From the NCBI RefSeq assembly GCF_009914755.1, contig NC_060935.1: DNA of 64,000 nt, one strand, 5' to 3'. This document shows positions 1 to 14,700 of the stretch, piece by piece. The notes under the pieces are model-generated. The model did no database searches, was not told the origin of the DNA, and worked only from the letters and a program-made list of their open reading frames with translations. The number at the start of each line of letters is the position of its first letter. The stretch's first letter is position 1. Position numbers and translations under genes: made by a program. Origin of the DNA: the human T2T-CHM13v2.0 reference genome, Homo sapiens.

Positions 1-3000
1 GAAATGAAACTCCTTTCTCCAAAAGGGAAGAGCTCTGCAAAGGAGCTATAATATGCCCAATATCTGATTATAAAATCAAAATAAAATTCTTTTTACAATT
101 AACGTAAAATTTTTCCTACTTTGCTTTGGGTTGGGAAATTACTACTATAGTTGAGTAGTGACTCTTTTTTCCTCATTTTCTTTCTCACCTGTCTCTTGAA
201 AAATATTGCTCACACATGTTAAAGAATTTATATTAAAAGTGAATTCCAATAAAAGGCCTATTAAATTAGCCTGATTCATTAACTCTTTTTGAAAATAATG
301 TGCATGTTTAGGACAGTAGTATCTTTCAGTTTTTATTTCATGAGATAAATGTGTTGGGAAATGGAGAGAGTACAAATAGATGTGAATGTCATTTTATCTA
401 ATTGAAGATGAATGCTGAATTTGGGAGCTGTAGAATTTAGTTTAACTTGCCTTGAAAGAGATTTATGATCATGGGATATGATGCTTTGTCTCCCAACGGC
501 TCTGCCGTTAACCGTTCACCTCTTGTCTTTGTGAATCCAAAGAGGTAACTTGCAAGGTGGATGGGGCAAGAAACAAGGATGTTGAAGTTTGTTTGGCAAG
601 TCAACAGAACCAAACCAAACCAAAAAATAACTGCTTATCTGGGCCTGTGCAAGTTAAAGTAATTTGACAAAGAACCACGTTCTGTCATGTGTACGTTATT
701 TAGGCTCTTGCGTCATTTTTTTCTGTATCAAGATTTTCGAGAATATTTTAAAAAGTGGAGAGCTGTTCTAGCACAGTTGGTGCTGCATTGTTGAAGCCAG
801 GCATAGCCATTGTATTTGAACCTGTTTTCTATCATGACCTCTGAAAATCCATTCCCAGAAAACTGATTGCTTAGGTCCTGTGGTTACACCCAAAGGAGAT
901 GGTGGCTAGAAATGAGGGCTCTGTCGTAGCCGTGGTACTGAAAGATGCTTCCTTGATGGAATGTTGCCAGACACGATTTAAAAAATTAAAAGGTATATTA
1001 AATTGAATTGTTTTGAATCGTTTTAATACCCATAGAAGAAGCTAGGAAAAGCTAGAGTTCTTAATGACCTATTTGAAGAATAAAATACACCCAAACCTCT
1101 AGGTCAAATGCTAAATTCCTTCTGCAGGTGGAAAGGCTGCACCTCACAAGGGAGGCCAAGTTTCATTTTTGCGACGACCTTACCCAGCTGAAACTTTCCC
1201 GGAATCTTTTATCATTAGCTCCCCACCCAAAGGATGAAAAACACCATCTGATTTACAGTTTTCCCATCTCTTATTTGAGTTTGCAACTTTCTTGGATAAC
1301 AGATGGCCACAAAATGTGTAAGCCCAAATAAAAGCAAAGCATGGGCTTCACTGGTTCTTCACTGGTATCAGCTGCTTCTTAAAATTAAAATTATGTAAAT
1401 GATACCTTAGTTTTAAGTGAGAGAATCAGCAATGAAGGAAGCAACCCCAGCACTTGAGAGTATTTCAGTTTGGGTTGTGTGGAAGGTTTGTTCTGTTTTG
1501 TTTTGTTTTTTGTTTTTTGTTTTTTTAAGCTTCTAATGTTTCCTTTTAAAGAGAAATAAAAGAGGCATTTCATAGAAGCACTTTGCAAGTTGCTCATTCA
1601 CAAAGCTTGCAGTTTCACCGGCAGCCGGCCTAGAATCAGAGAGAATATTAGGATTGGCAGAGACCTTAGAGGTTGTTGTTTTAACTGACTTGAAGAGGGA
1701 GGAAAAGACTTGGAGTAAGAGCCCCGAAAAAGGCCCCGGCCTCTCTGGGTTTGGCATCTTTCTTACCTCAAGGAGTTAAAAGTCTGGGCCTGGGCGTGAT
1801 CAGCCAGATGGTCTTTAACAGTAACATGGTTCATATTGTTTAGATTATCCTGTTGCAAGTACCGTGCCTCCTTTACCTTTTATGGAATAAAGTGTGGAAA
1901 ATTGACCACAGATGTAAGTAACCAAGAATGACGGGGAAGCTGTTGTTACCAGGCCTCTCTGTTTCTCTCCAACACGCCTGATCCCACAGATAAAAATAAG
2001 GAGAAAAATGTGAGGCTGGCCGAGAATGAGCTTGCCTTACCTCGATGGCTCAGGTCTGAGCACCGCGAGCACTATGTTCTACGTGTTCATAAATCCAAGG
2101 TTGGCCTTAGGACTTGTGTGCAGGCTACCTTCGAATTCTGATTTTCCAAGTGCCCTCTGGTTAAAATATCATACCACGTAAGCAGTTTTTCCATCCTGTT
2201 TTGAAAGGCAGTGGGGGGCAAGGCCCACATACTGACACCGAGGAGTTTTGCAGCCCTGCGCTCCCTGAGGGAGAGCAGTGAGTGGCATTTTGCAGCCTGA
2301 GAAGTGTGGATAAATTCTGCATTCCCACTGCTTTGATGGCTATCTCAGCTGCAGGTCCCGCCTGCTGGGACCCCCAGTACTTTTCGTACTTACCAGGGAC
2401 TCTGGCGCTTGGTCCCTATCAAACAGGCCTTCTCTTTCCCGGGTGAGTTTAACAGCCTCCCTCCTGACCTGTCTCCCAGCCTTGGAGTTCCTCCTCAGCT
2501 TTTCTGGCTGTCACAGCCCCCAACCATGTGACTTTGCTCCCATGGTTCATGGCTTGGATCATTCTATGTCTGAACACATAGTGCCCTCTGGGCTTCCCCT
2601 TCTTGACCACAGTCCTCCACCTCCTGGTCTCTTCTACTCTGTAACTCCCATGAAGACTTGCTCTCAGCCTCTAGCTTCTGGGCCTCTATCCTTCCAGACC
2701 CTCCCAACCCAGCCTGGTTATCTGTTGATTATTCTAGCCACACTCACAGCATCCTCAGTGGCCCCCACTGCCAATCCCCAACCCCTTTTGTTCTTACTGC
2801 TCAAACTGAGCAGTCCCCAACTTGAATCAACCCAGAAGGCATTTTTACCGAGCCTGCTCCAGGTCTGAAGATAATCACTTAGTCTGCCTAAGTGACTTGG
2901 TTACAAACCCCCAGCTTCTAACATAACCCCAGTCCTCAGTCCGCCACCCCACACACCAGTCCCTTCTCAATCAGCTTCTTTCCTGCCCGTATTCACCAAA

Positions 3001-3782
3001 TGTCTTGAAAACTCACGTATAGATAAGGTGCTGCTTTTTTGCTTCTATTCATACACCAAACTGCCGTCTGACTTGTACACCCATTGAAACTGTTCTGGCA
3101 AAATTTACCTGGGACTTCCCAATTTCCAGACTTTCTTTCCTAATCTTACTTGATCTCTCTCTTCAGCTGCCTGCTTCTTGAAGCTCTCCTCTTCCTCAGC
3201 TGTGACAGGTGTTGCTCAAGGCTCCCCCCTCTCTCTGATCACTTGTTCCATTTTCCCCACTGACTCTCCCTTTTCTTCTTAAAAATTATTCCTCCCTTAG
3301 TTCCCATCCTTTTCCCCTTCTCCTGTCACTCCAGCCAAGATCCTGATTCCAGAACATGGGGAAAAGTACAGAGGGTTGACCATTCCAAAGCTGCTTCTGA
3401 AAATATCCCTGTCATTCAACACAGATGAGATGTGAAACACACAGATGGGTGACAGAGCTTCCGGTCTATTTCTAAGTCCCAGGACCGAAGAGTTCTTGTT
3501 TTTGTCATGATAGCAAGTGCTTGTGTTTGATGCTCCAAATAGCCAAACCCGTGGAATTACAGGGGGGTTTGAGCTGCATGTTGAGTGTACAAACTCTCAT
3601 AGGTCATAAGGAATGATGAGTGGGTGGTTCCTAAACTCTGGAGAAGAGCTTCCATTTCAAAAGCTGGGCTGTGCAGTGGAAACAGTGTAGGGTTTGGAGT
3701 TACACATTAAATTTAGAATCCCTCTCTCCTCTCAACAGTTGTCTGATTTTGGGGCAAGTGACTTCTCCTGGCTATATCTCTG

Positions 3783-4161
<379 letters not shown>

Positions 4162-5932
4162 TGAGGATTAGGGATAATGTGCATATTAGGAACATACTAT
4201 TTGCTAGACTTAATTCGGTAGGATGATTGAGCCCATATAGTGAAATTCTCTTAGACTAATTATAAACCTGACAACTCACCAAAAATTTTTTATTAACCTG
4301 TCTCATACACTGGTATCAGAGTTGAAGGGAGAGAATTAGCAGAACTGGTTGCTGGTCTCAGACTACGGAAACTACACACAACACAATTAGAGCCCATTCA
4401 GTAACAGTCTCCCATCAAGGTCTCAGTGGCCTTGGGAAGTAAGAGTCCTGGAGATGGAGAGAGATCTGTGTGGGCCAGAGCAGAGGGACATGTGACAAGT
4501 GGCCTAGGAGGACTTTTGGCTGCCTGTATAAAGTGAGTAATGAGTGATAAAGGCTTCTATGAAAGTTAGGGGAACTAAAATTGATGTCAGAGGCCACAGG
4601 GAGACATTGAGTATTACTGAGGGAGAACACCAAGAAACAGTGTTTTGGGAAGATCAGTTTAGCTTCCTTTTATATATAAGGCATTTTTGCTTGGGAGGAT
4701 GGGGGCAGGAAGGGTATTCAGCAGGTTGTTGCTGGAACCAGACCCTGATCTGAAGAAGTGTGGGGTTAGATTGGGAAGGAAAGGATGGAAATGCAAACTA
4801 TTTCAAAAGAAAAAATGATTAAAGGTACTGATGATAAATTTGGTATTGGAGATGAGAGCAAAAGTGGCTTAAGAACAACTCCAGAGTTTCAATGAAACTT
4901 GAAATATGGGGATACTATGAAAATGAAAGGGAAACTTTTTTGTGTGTTGAAGTATACATTACATAAATTTTGCTGTTTTCACCATCTTTAAGTGCCCAGT
5001 TCAATGTGGTATCATCACCACCAAGGGAGAAACTTTTACAGCAATTTGACATTGTTGCAACATCTGAGCATGGGATTGGCATGCTAGTATTTTGTGTTAT
5101 AATCCAATATTTTATAGTAGTTTATTTTATTATATTTTTGCAAAGTATCAGTCTGCAATTATTTGGAAATAAAAAGAAAAGAAACTGGTCCTTTACTTCA
5201 GAGAACTTAAGGAACCCTCTCCTAGAAGAACAAGAAAGGACTGCAGAAAGAAGAGGTGAGGTACAAGAAGGATATCCTCTCCCTGCCTTTGCCAGGCATG
5301 TGCCTATTCATTCTGTGAAGCCCAACTCCTGGGTCCCTCCTTCCAGGAAGCCTTCTCTTCCCTACATCCTCCCCAGCCTCCTAAGCCTCCTATCACAAGT
5401 TAATTAGCCTTTGTGGTGCTATTGTGCCCTGGACGTATTTCTATTGCCAGCATCATCACAGTGTATGAACTGGCCATCTTGGCAGTCTTCTCACTAGAAT
5501 ATGAGCTCTGTGAGTAAAGACTATGGCCTCTTCATCTCTATATCCACTTTGTCTTGCACATCTTAGGTGCTCAGTGAAGGTTTGTTCACATGAATTGAAT
5601 TAAGAGAGCAGACTTAGAGAGTGGATATAGGGATGATGCTATGTTGGGGTTGGGGGTGGGAATAAAAGAGCATCAAGGCTGTGCTTAGTGTCCAGGTCTC
5701 CTTTGGGAAGGAATCAGATGGTGTGGGGAATACGCTGAAGCTGAAGACAGAATCAGGTTGAGCAGCCCATGTGGGGAATGTGCAGGGGAGGCAGAGAGAG
5801 AGTAAAAAGGAAAGGTGGCAGCTTGGTCGGTGCTTCCCATTCACCCCGTGACTTTGTACCTCTGCTGAAGCATTCATCATGGAGTTGCATCAATATCCAA
5901 TCATCAGATGTACTTCCAACCTTGTCATTCAT

Positions 5933-6610
<678 letters not shown>

Positions 6611-8448
6611 TTCATTAATTTATTCATTTATTCAATAAATATCCACTAAGGGCCTACTTTGTCTCCAGCTTCATGCTAGAGACTTGACTTTTATTGTTCC
6701 TAACCCCTAAACACCTCCTTAAAGTAGGTATTATTGTTCCCATTCATAGTTGAGACTCAGGGAGGTTTAGTTATTTGCCCAAATTAAGATAGTCAGTGGC
6801 AGCATTAGGTTTTGAACCCAGGGCTTAAATCCCTCCTGCCTTGTACAGTGCCACAAGGTTGGCACTCAGTAAACATTTGCTGGATCAATTCCAGGAAAAT
6901 TTGGAAACCAGGATGGGAAGAAAGAGGCTCTTTGGGATTAAAAATTGGCCCAGCAGTTCAGAGGAAGATTGAGGCAAAATGGTGTTAGGGTAGGTACTGT
7001 AGTGCCTGGGATGGCTCATGTCTTCAGAAGGGCCTAATGATATGGGAAAGAGAGGATGCATGAATAAGACTGTGTTTGGGATGGACAGTAGACTGGTTTG
7101 GGAAAGTGACAGAGGAGACCACTAGTTCTGATCCCAGGGGCACTTTAGGAACAGTAATTCTTTTGGAGTCCCTCTCATGGTTTCTGAGCTGTGTTCTTTT
7201 GATTGGATGCATCTCACTAGGAATATGAGGGTGAATGGGGAAGGGGACAACTCCTTGGCCAGTGGTTCTACTAATTCTTCCCCCAAACGACACTGCAGGA
7301 GAGATGAAAAGAAGGCCCAGCTATCTCTATAGACTTTGGTATAGACACTGTCCCTTCATTTGCCACTGACCTTCCATTACCTCCTGTGGACTCTGCCCGT
7401 TTGATTCAGTCCTCCAGCTTGAATCAAAGATGGTTGAGACATTATTGAATTAACCAAAGTTGTTCTTAGTGATAATGGGAGCATGAAGTAGATGTCTAGC
7501 CTGACTCACTCATCACCCCCATTCTTTGGGAATGATGGCACCCAGAGGCCCAGCTGAAGGGACAGGCCTGGGTTGCCATGTTTGAGACCTTGTTTGGATC
7601 TCTGACTGAAGACCAGCAATCCGTGTCACTACCTCGCAGTAAACTCCTTGATGGTTTTCCCATATTGGCCCTACCTGTGTTGGCCCATGCTGCTCCTCCC
7701 ACCCCACTTCCTATCCTCCTCCCTCTGCTTTCTCTGCCCCAGCTGCCCTGGCCTTCTTGTTCCCTACAGGAGCAAAGTACATTTACATTTCAAAGCCTCT
7801 GCACTTCCTGTTTCTTCTTCCTGAATGTTCCCTATGTATTTGCATAACTGGCTCCTTCACTCCAGCCTCTGTTCAAATCCTCCTTATGCACAACCCTTCT
7901 TAGAGAGGCCTATGACCACCTGTTTAAATATAGCACTTCCTGGTTCTCTTTATTCCCATCGCCCTATTCTGCTTTCTCTTACAACCTGTCACTGCTGGCG
8001 TAGCATGCATGTTTCCTTGTTTGCCTTTCCATTGTTTCTCTCCTTCACTAGAATATAAACTCCCTGTGAGCAGGATGGCATCTTGTTTATTGCTGTATCC
8101 CCAGCACCTGGAACAATTCTTGACCATTGTATATGCTCAGTTAACATTTGTTGGATGAATAAATGGCCAACGACCAACTGGCCATTCATTCCAAATTCTC
8201 AGAATTTGAAGTAAGGACACAGTGGCTTTTTTGGTCAGTGATTGGTGCTGGCCCCGTGAGTTCAGTTAGGGTTGGGGCCAGCAGTCATATGTCATCACAG
8301 ATAAGTGTAGGAAGCCGGTCAAGATCAAAAGAGAAGCTAAGGGGGAGAGTCCAGGTGGCCGGTGGAGAGGTTTTGCTTCCTTGGGACTTCTCTCCTTCCC
8401 ACTGGGGCCTGGCCACATTTGGGTTCCTGTGCCCGTGAACTGGGGCTC

Positions 8449-9059
8449 TGTATTAGTTTTCTAATGCTGCGTAACAAATTATCACAAACTTAGCAGCTTA
8501 AAACAATCCATGTATTATATCCCAGTTCTATAGGTCAGAAGTCCAGCGGGTTCAACTGGGTTCTCTGTTTAGAATCTCACAAAGCTGACGTCAAGTTGTT
8601 GGCTGGGCAGGGTTTTTATCTGGTGGCCCTGGAAAAGAATCTGCTTCTAAGCTCATTCAGGTTCTTGGCAAAATTTGTTTCCTTGCATTGTAGGACTGGA
8701 GTCCCTATTCCCTTGCTGGCCTTGGCCAGGGACTGTTCTTACCTCCAAGGGGCCACTCTCAGCTCCTTGCCACAGGGCCCCTCCATGTCAGCAACAGAGA
8801 ATCACCTACAAAACGAATCCCTCTCATACTAAGTCTCTCCGACTTCCTCTTCTGCTACCTGCTTTTAAAGGGTAAGAATGATTAGGTTAGGTTTACGCAG
8901 ATCATCTCCTTTAGGGTAACTCAAATCAAAACTAGTACCCATGATTACATCTACATAATCCCTCTATCAGGTAACCTAACATAGCGCATGATATCTCATC
9001 ACATTCACAGTCCCAGGATTGGAGCAGGAAATCTTAAGGCACAGGATTTTGCCTACCAC
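8449..9059 (-). mobile_element. MaLR LTR (MLT1E/F-like)
   Basis: Begins tgtattagttttctaatgctgcgtaacaaatt and ends ttttgcctaccac. Confidence 0.75.
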
Positions 9060-10866
9060 TGTATTTTTAAACAATCTCCTTTAATTAATTAGCTTAGGGG
9101 AGGGGGATTCTGTTTCTTACAACTAAAGAGTAATGGCCCATAATCCACAGAGGCCCCAGCCTTGGGGGTGGAGGTGGGGCTGAAGTTACAAACTTTGCGT
9201 TCCTGACCTCTGCTAAATTGTGGTTCTTTATTTTTCCTCTAGAATTGAGTTCAGACTATAGAGATGCAAAAGATTAGACCATCTGCCATGCTTCAGATGC
9301 CAAAAATAATGAAAATTTTTGCCTCTATACTCTGGTAGAAAACTTTTTTTTTTTTTAATTGCTTTTCCTTGCAGATCACTCTCCAAGTGAGATCATTGGT
9401 GATCCTGAGCCTTTTCCCATGACTTAATTGACCAAGAGAAGACCGCCCAGCTAAATCTCACAGAATACATTCGGGGGTAATTGGCTTAAAGCCTCCAGGA
9501 TCTTGTTAAAATGAGTGGTTTTGGTTAATCCACACCATAAAGCCGAAAAGCTATTATGTATGTATATTTTTGTCCTGAGGTATTATCAAGAAATTCCACA
9601 TAGACGGGAATAAAGTATGGTTTGAGAATGAAAAAAAAATTAAAACGCAAGACATAAACTCTATTTCCTACAGATGTAAATCAGAGCAAGTTTTAAAGCC
9701 TTTTTATGACTCAGAGAGAGGTCACCAACCAAATCTGCTGAGGGAGGCAGGATTAAACAAAAACGACTACATTTTAATGATTTTTCCCCCTGCTGCTGTT
9801 AGCTCTTTCATTTGCCCAATGTAACACAATTTTCCACAACGCTGCAGGAAATTGGAGATAGGGAATTGCTATCCAGTTGACTGCCTAGCTCCACAAAATG
9901 TATAGTAATAGTTGAGTGTCAAAAAATAGCATGTGGTAAGTTGGGGGGAGTTGAAGGGAGAAGCTTGCTTTGTGGAAAATTGCCGACAGGTCGAAGGATT
10001 GTGGGGTTAGAGAGTCAGAGAGACTCAGAGTTGGAAGGGGCCTTGCCCCTTGTAGCCTACCAATCCAAACTTTACTTGATGCGTGGACCAGTTCAGCAGC
10101 ATGGAGGCAGGAAGCCATCAGCTCTACTTAATCATACTCTTCAGAGCAAGTGAGAAGTAGCGAGGCAGCAACTATGACTGAGGATAAGGAGTCCTGGACA
10201 GGGAGGACCTTTGGGCAGTGCCCGATGCTGCTGTCCAGCTGAACAAACTTCTTACCTCTTTTGAGCCTCAGCATCAAATGGAGATCACAATACCTACTTA
10301 GCAGGATTGCTATAGAGTTAAATAAGATGCATATGTAAGCTTTGGGAAGCATTAAGCAAATGTAAGGTATGGTATTCATACTATTAACAGGAAGAAAGTG
10401 AGACTCTAACTTAGGATGGTGGATGGCCAGTGCCTGAAGAAAAGGTATGTGGAGCCCAAGACAGGTATTGAGAGTGCAGCAAAAGACTGCATTTTCAAGG
10501 TCAATAGCTGTGACACTAGGAGCTTGAGGCTGCTTTAAAGAGGGAGATGTGGAGGAGATGTAGGGCAGAAGTCTCAGGTACAAGACAAAAAGCCCTCATT
10601 GCTTGGCTGTCCACAGGTACATTGACTAAGCTCTTAGGGGTGCAGCCTAAGAGCAGAGCCCCTATGATCTATTCACCAGGCCCACTGAGAATCCAGGCAC
10701 CATGAGAACCGAGGGGAAAAGAGCCTCCCCACGAAGCTTCAGGAGGGTAGAAGGCAGAGGCTGCTACACATAAAATAAATGACATAAGGGCAGTTTCCAA
10801 AAGCCATGGGACAACGTGGGATGCTATATATCAAGGTGTTTTGTAATGTTTGCTGACTTGACTTCC

Positions 10867-11474
<608 letters not shown>

Positions 11475-11592
11475 AACTTGACTTCTTAAAAGCATCTGTC
11501 ACATACCACTTCTTCTCTTGGGTGACCTGTTTCCCCTGCAGGTGTAGGATTCAAAGGAACTACTGAACTCTTGGCTTTTGGCAATAACAGAG

Positions 11593-11638
11593 TTAAGTAT
11601 ATTCATTCATGCTTTTTAAGTATATTCATTCATGCTTT
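11593..11638. repeat. Perfect 23-bp tandem duplication
   Basis: ttaagtatattcattcatgcttt occurs twice in tandem. Confidence 0.95.
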
Positions 11639-12438
11639 TATTTTACTGATACTTTCTCAACCATGTTTCTAGGCTCTGGGGATTCAGAGATGCAGCCTAG
11701 TGGATATCAGATGGGAATATGAGGTGCTTGGATGGAAACAGGTGTAGCATAATTTTTGTTTTCCCTTGCCTGTACCCTTAGGCAATATGGCCACCATTGC
11801 TGATTCCTGCTCTGAAGACTTTGCTTCTGGGCTTGCTTCTTCTCCTCTACCTTCAAGTTCTAGGTTGAGCCCTGCTTCTTCTCCAAAGCCTTACCAGTCC
11901 TGTCACCACTTGCTTGTTGTCTGTGCTCCCATTTTACTGCCTTACTATCTCATTCCCGTTTGCCTCATGTCATTTTCAGCGTGCCTTTGTAGTACTGAAC
12001 CTGGCTCCATGAATGCTTGTTGAGCTGAATCTTGAGGTCCTCACTTCAGACACCATGTGGTGGCTTCAGGGAGGCAGGTTTGCAGCTTCCTACCCACCCC
12101 CTAACCCCCCAGCATCCCTTTGCTCATGGTTTCCTCACAGAGAGGGGCATGTTGAGGTTGGCCCCAAATGGTAAGGATTTGGCAGAAGCGGAATCCAGAT
12201 TGTTAATGGGAACACACAGGAGGACATCAGGCAGTGCTGTTGGTAAGAGGTGGGTCAGTGGAGGCATTGCAAAATCTTCCAAAGAGCACCAAAAGCAAAA
12301 TTCAAGGACCCAGAAGAAATGGATAGCCCATAAAGATGGGTGTTGAGGGCCAGAACAGGCAGCTTAGACAATTAATACTCACTAATTCATGGTGATGACT
12401 GAACCAATCCTTATGTATAATACTCAGCCCAGTATATC

Positions 12439-12694
12439 TTTCTTTGCTTTTCTTTTTTTTTTATAGAGATATAGGGTCTCACTCTGTTGCCCAGGCTGGA
12501 GTGCAGTGACAAGATCAAAACTCGCTGCAGCCTGGAACTCCTGGGTTCAAGTGATCTGCTCACCTCAGCCTCCTGAGTAGCTGGGACTACAGGCATGCAT
12601 CACCTCACCCAGCTATTTTTTAAATTTTTTTGTTGTTGCCCAGTCTGGTCTCAAACTCCTGGCCTCAAGTGATCCTCCCACCTCAGTCTCCCAA
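12439..12694 (-). mobile_element. AluJ, truncated with an internal deletion
   Basis: Diverged antisense Alu sequence. Confidence 0.85.
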
Positions 12695-13959
12695 CCAGTT
12701 TATCTTAAATGCATTATATAATCTCTGGTATTCTGGTTGCCCCTGAAGGAAGAAGCCACTGGTTATTACTACATAGATGAACCCAGAGGCATGCTGAGAC
12801 CTCAGCGTTGGCCCTAGGGGAAAAGAAAGCAGCTAGGACAGGGTAGAACCAAGACTGGAATTCAGGATTTCAGGTCAGCATGAGCAGCTGGATTGCTGTG
12901 CCTGGTGGTCTATCTGGAGTGTAGCAATTCTGCTGTCCATAGGTGGAGTTGAGAGGGCTTGTCGTATAAAGAAGGGGCTGGCAAAGTAGCCAAGTAGGCA
13001 GTGGTCTAGGGGAGGGCTGTACTTCTAGGAGGAACTAGATTTTTAACCCTTGAGTGCACAGAGCCAACTGTAATGGGGTCTGGGGAAAACTAACTCTGAT
13101 TGTATATGTACTTGTTCACTGAGGCAGCCTGGGTACTGGGTATATGAGGAAGGGTCCCCGCTGGACACCATGGCACACTCCAATTGATTAACATAACTAC
13201 AGTTTAATAAAGGGTTTGTTCACATAGGAATGGGCTAACTATACTCTATCCTGGGGCTGGGAACTGTGGGGAGCTGTTATTGCTCCTAAGCCTGAAACGG
13301 GAGGGATGTGAATGGTTACTAAATTCCAGGATAGAGAAAGTGGTGTGGGGAGGGCCACCCAACAGACAAGGCCAATGACCTTTGATCATGGTGACCTTAC
13401 AGCAGGGGAATCAGGACATAAATACCCTGATTGTCTCTCCCCTCTCTCCCAGATTTCTTGGGGTACTTCCCATTGATCTAATGGGAGCTGAGGACAGACA
13501 GCAAGTGTGCCCACTGAAACATGGAGAGGGGAACAAGGTGGGAAGGCCATGGAGAGGGGCAAATACCAGGCTCTTTGTAACATAACTAATTCTGGATCCT
13601 TCCTTCTGGTAGGAATGGCTGTATTGCCATTCTGCCTGCCCTCGTAAGGTTGGGCTCAGGACTTGGGTGACATTGAACCTTAGGCTAAAAAGCTCTATTG
13701 CTTAGAGTTGATAGGGGCTGAAAAAAGCGGGACGTTTAAAATAACAGCCTGCTCCATACTTATGGGGGCCATATGTCCTTAATTTTCCAGGAAAGTCTCA
13801 ATTTCAAATATTCTGTCCCATTTTACCCATGAGAACACTGGCATTTGTCAGATCACATGTTCCAATTTTTGACTCAGAAAATATGGTCAGTGTATCCCTA
13901 TACCGCAACAAATGCCAGATGGTTTAAAGAGCTAATTTTTTAAATAGTATTCTTATCCC

Positions 13960-14700
13960 AATTGTTGAGGAAAGACAATTTTCTGACTATTGAAGCAATT
14001 GAAGAAATTATCAGTGACAAGTTTGACGGGTTCAATTACTTTAAAAAAAAATACACACCTTTTTTTGTACAAAGAAAATCAACAAAACAAAAAGGTGAAA
14101 AGAGAAGCAACAGATTGGGGAAATAATTGTAATAAACATGACATCTAAAAACATAATATCCAAACACTTCGAGGGAGTTTTAGAAAAATCTGAGAGGTCC
14201 CAATCAAGACTTCATTGGACAGATGGTCAAAGGTTATGAGTAGACAATTCACACAGCTGTACACAAATCCTAGGGAGGTAAGTTAATAAATTCAAGTTAA
14301 AACAACTGTGAGTTACCACTCCCACCTACTACAATATCAAAAATAAAAAGACCTACAAAATCTAACATGGGCAGAGATACACCCATACACTCAAGAAGGC
14401 ATTATAATTTTTTTTCCTTCCTAGAGAACAGTGTGATGATATGCAAAAAAGATCACCAAATCAGTCCTCCACTCTGACCCAGCAATTCTACTTTTAGAAA
14501 TATATCCTAAAGTAATAAAAACTTACATGGAGAGTTTTACCTAGACTGCAACAACCCAATGGCCAACAATTGTGTGATGACTTAAATATATTAAAATAGG
14601 CTAGGATCAATGAATATTATTAAAATATCAAATAGGTTCACTTTGTAAGTATGTGGAGAGATACACTTTAAATATTGACAGAAATACAATACTATAGCAG
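13960..14700 (+). mobile_element. Ancient L1M remnant (ORF2 3' region)
   Basis: A-rich sequence with the motif gacccagcaattctacttttagaaatatatcc. Confidence 0.55.

Noticed and set aside
2443-2868. 141-aa ORF
   Set aside because: Non-ATG start, pyrimidine-rich Leu/Ser/Pro composition, no recognisable domain and no exon structure.
4970-5407. 145-aa ORF with a hydrophobic stretch
   Set aside because: TTG start. The hydrophobic run reflects T-rich DNA among decayed repeats, and no family is recognisable.
10128-10583. 151-aa minus-strand ORF
   Set aside because: Overlaps a MIR remnant and has no recognisable homology.
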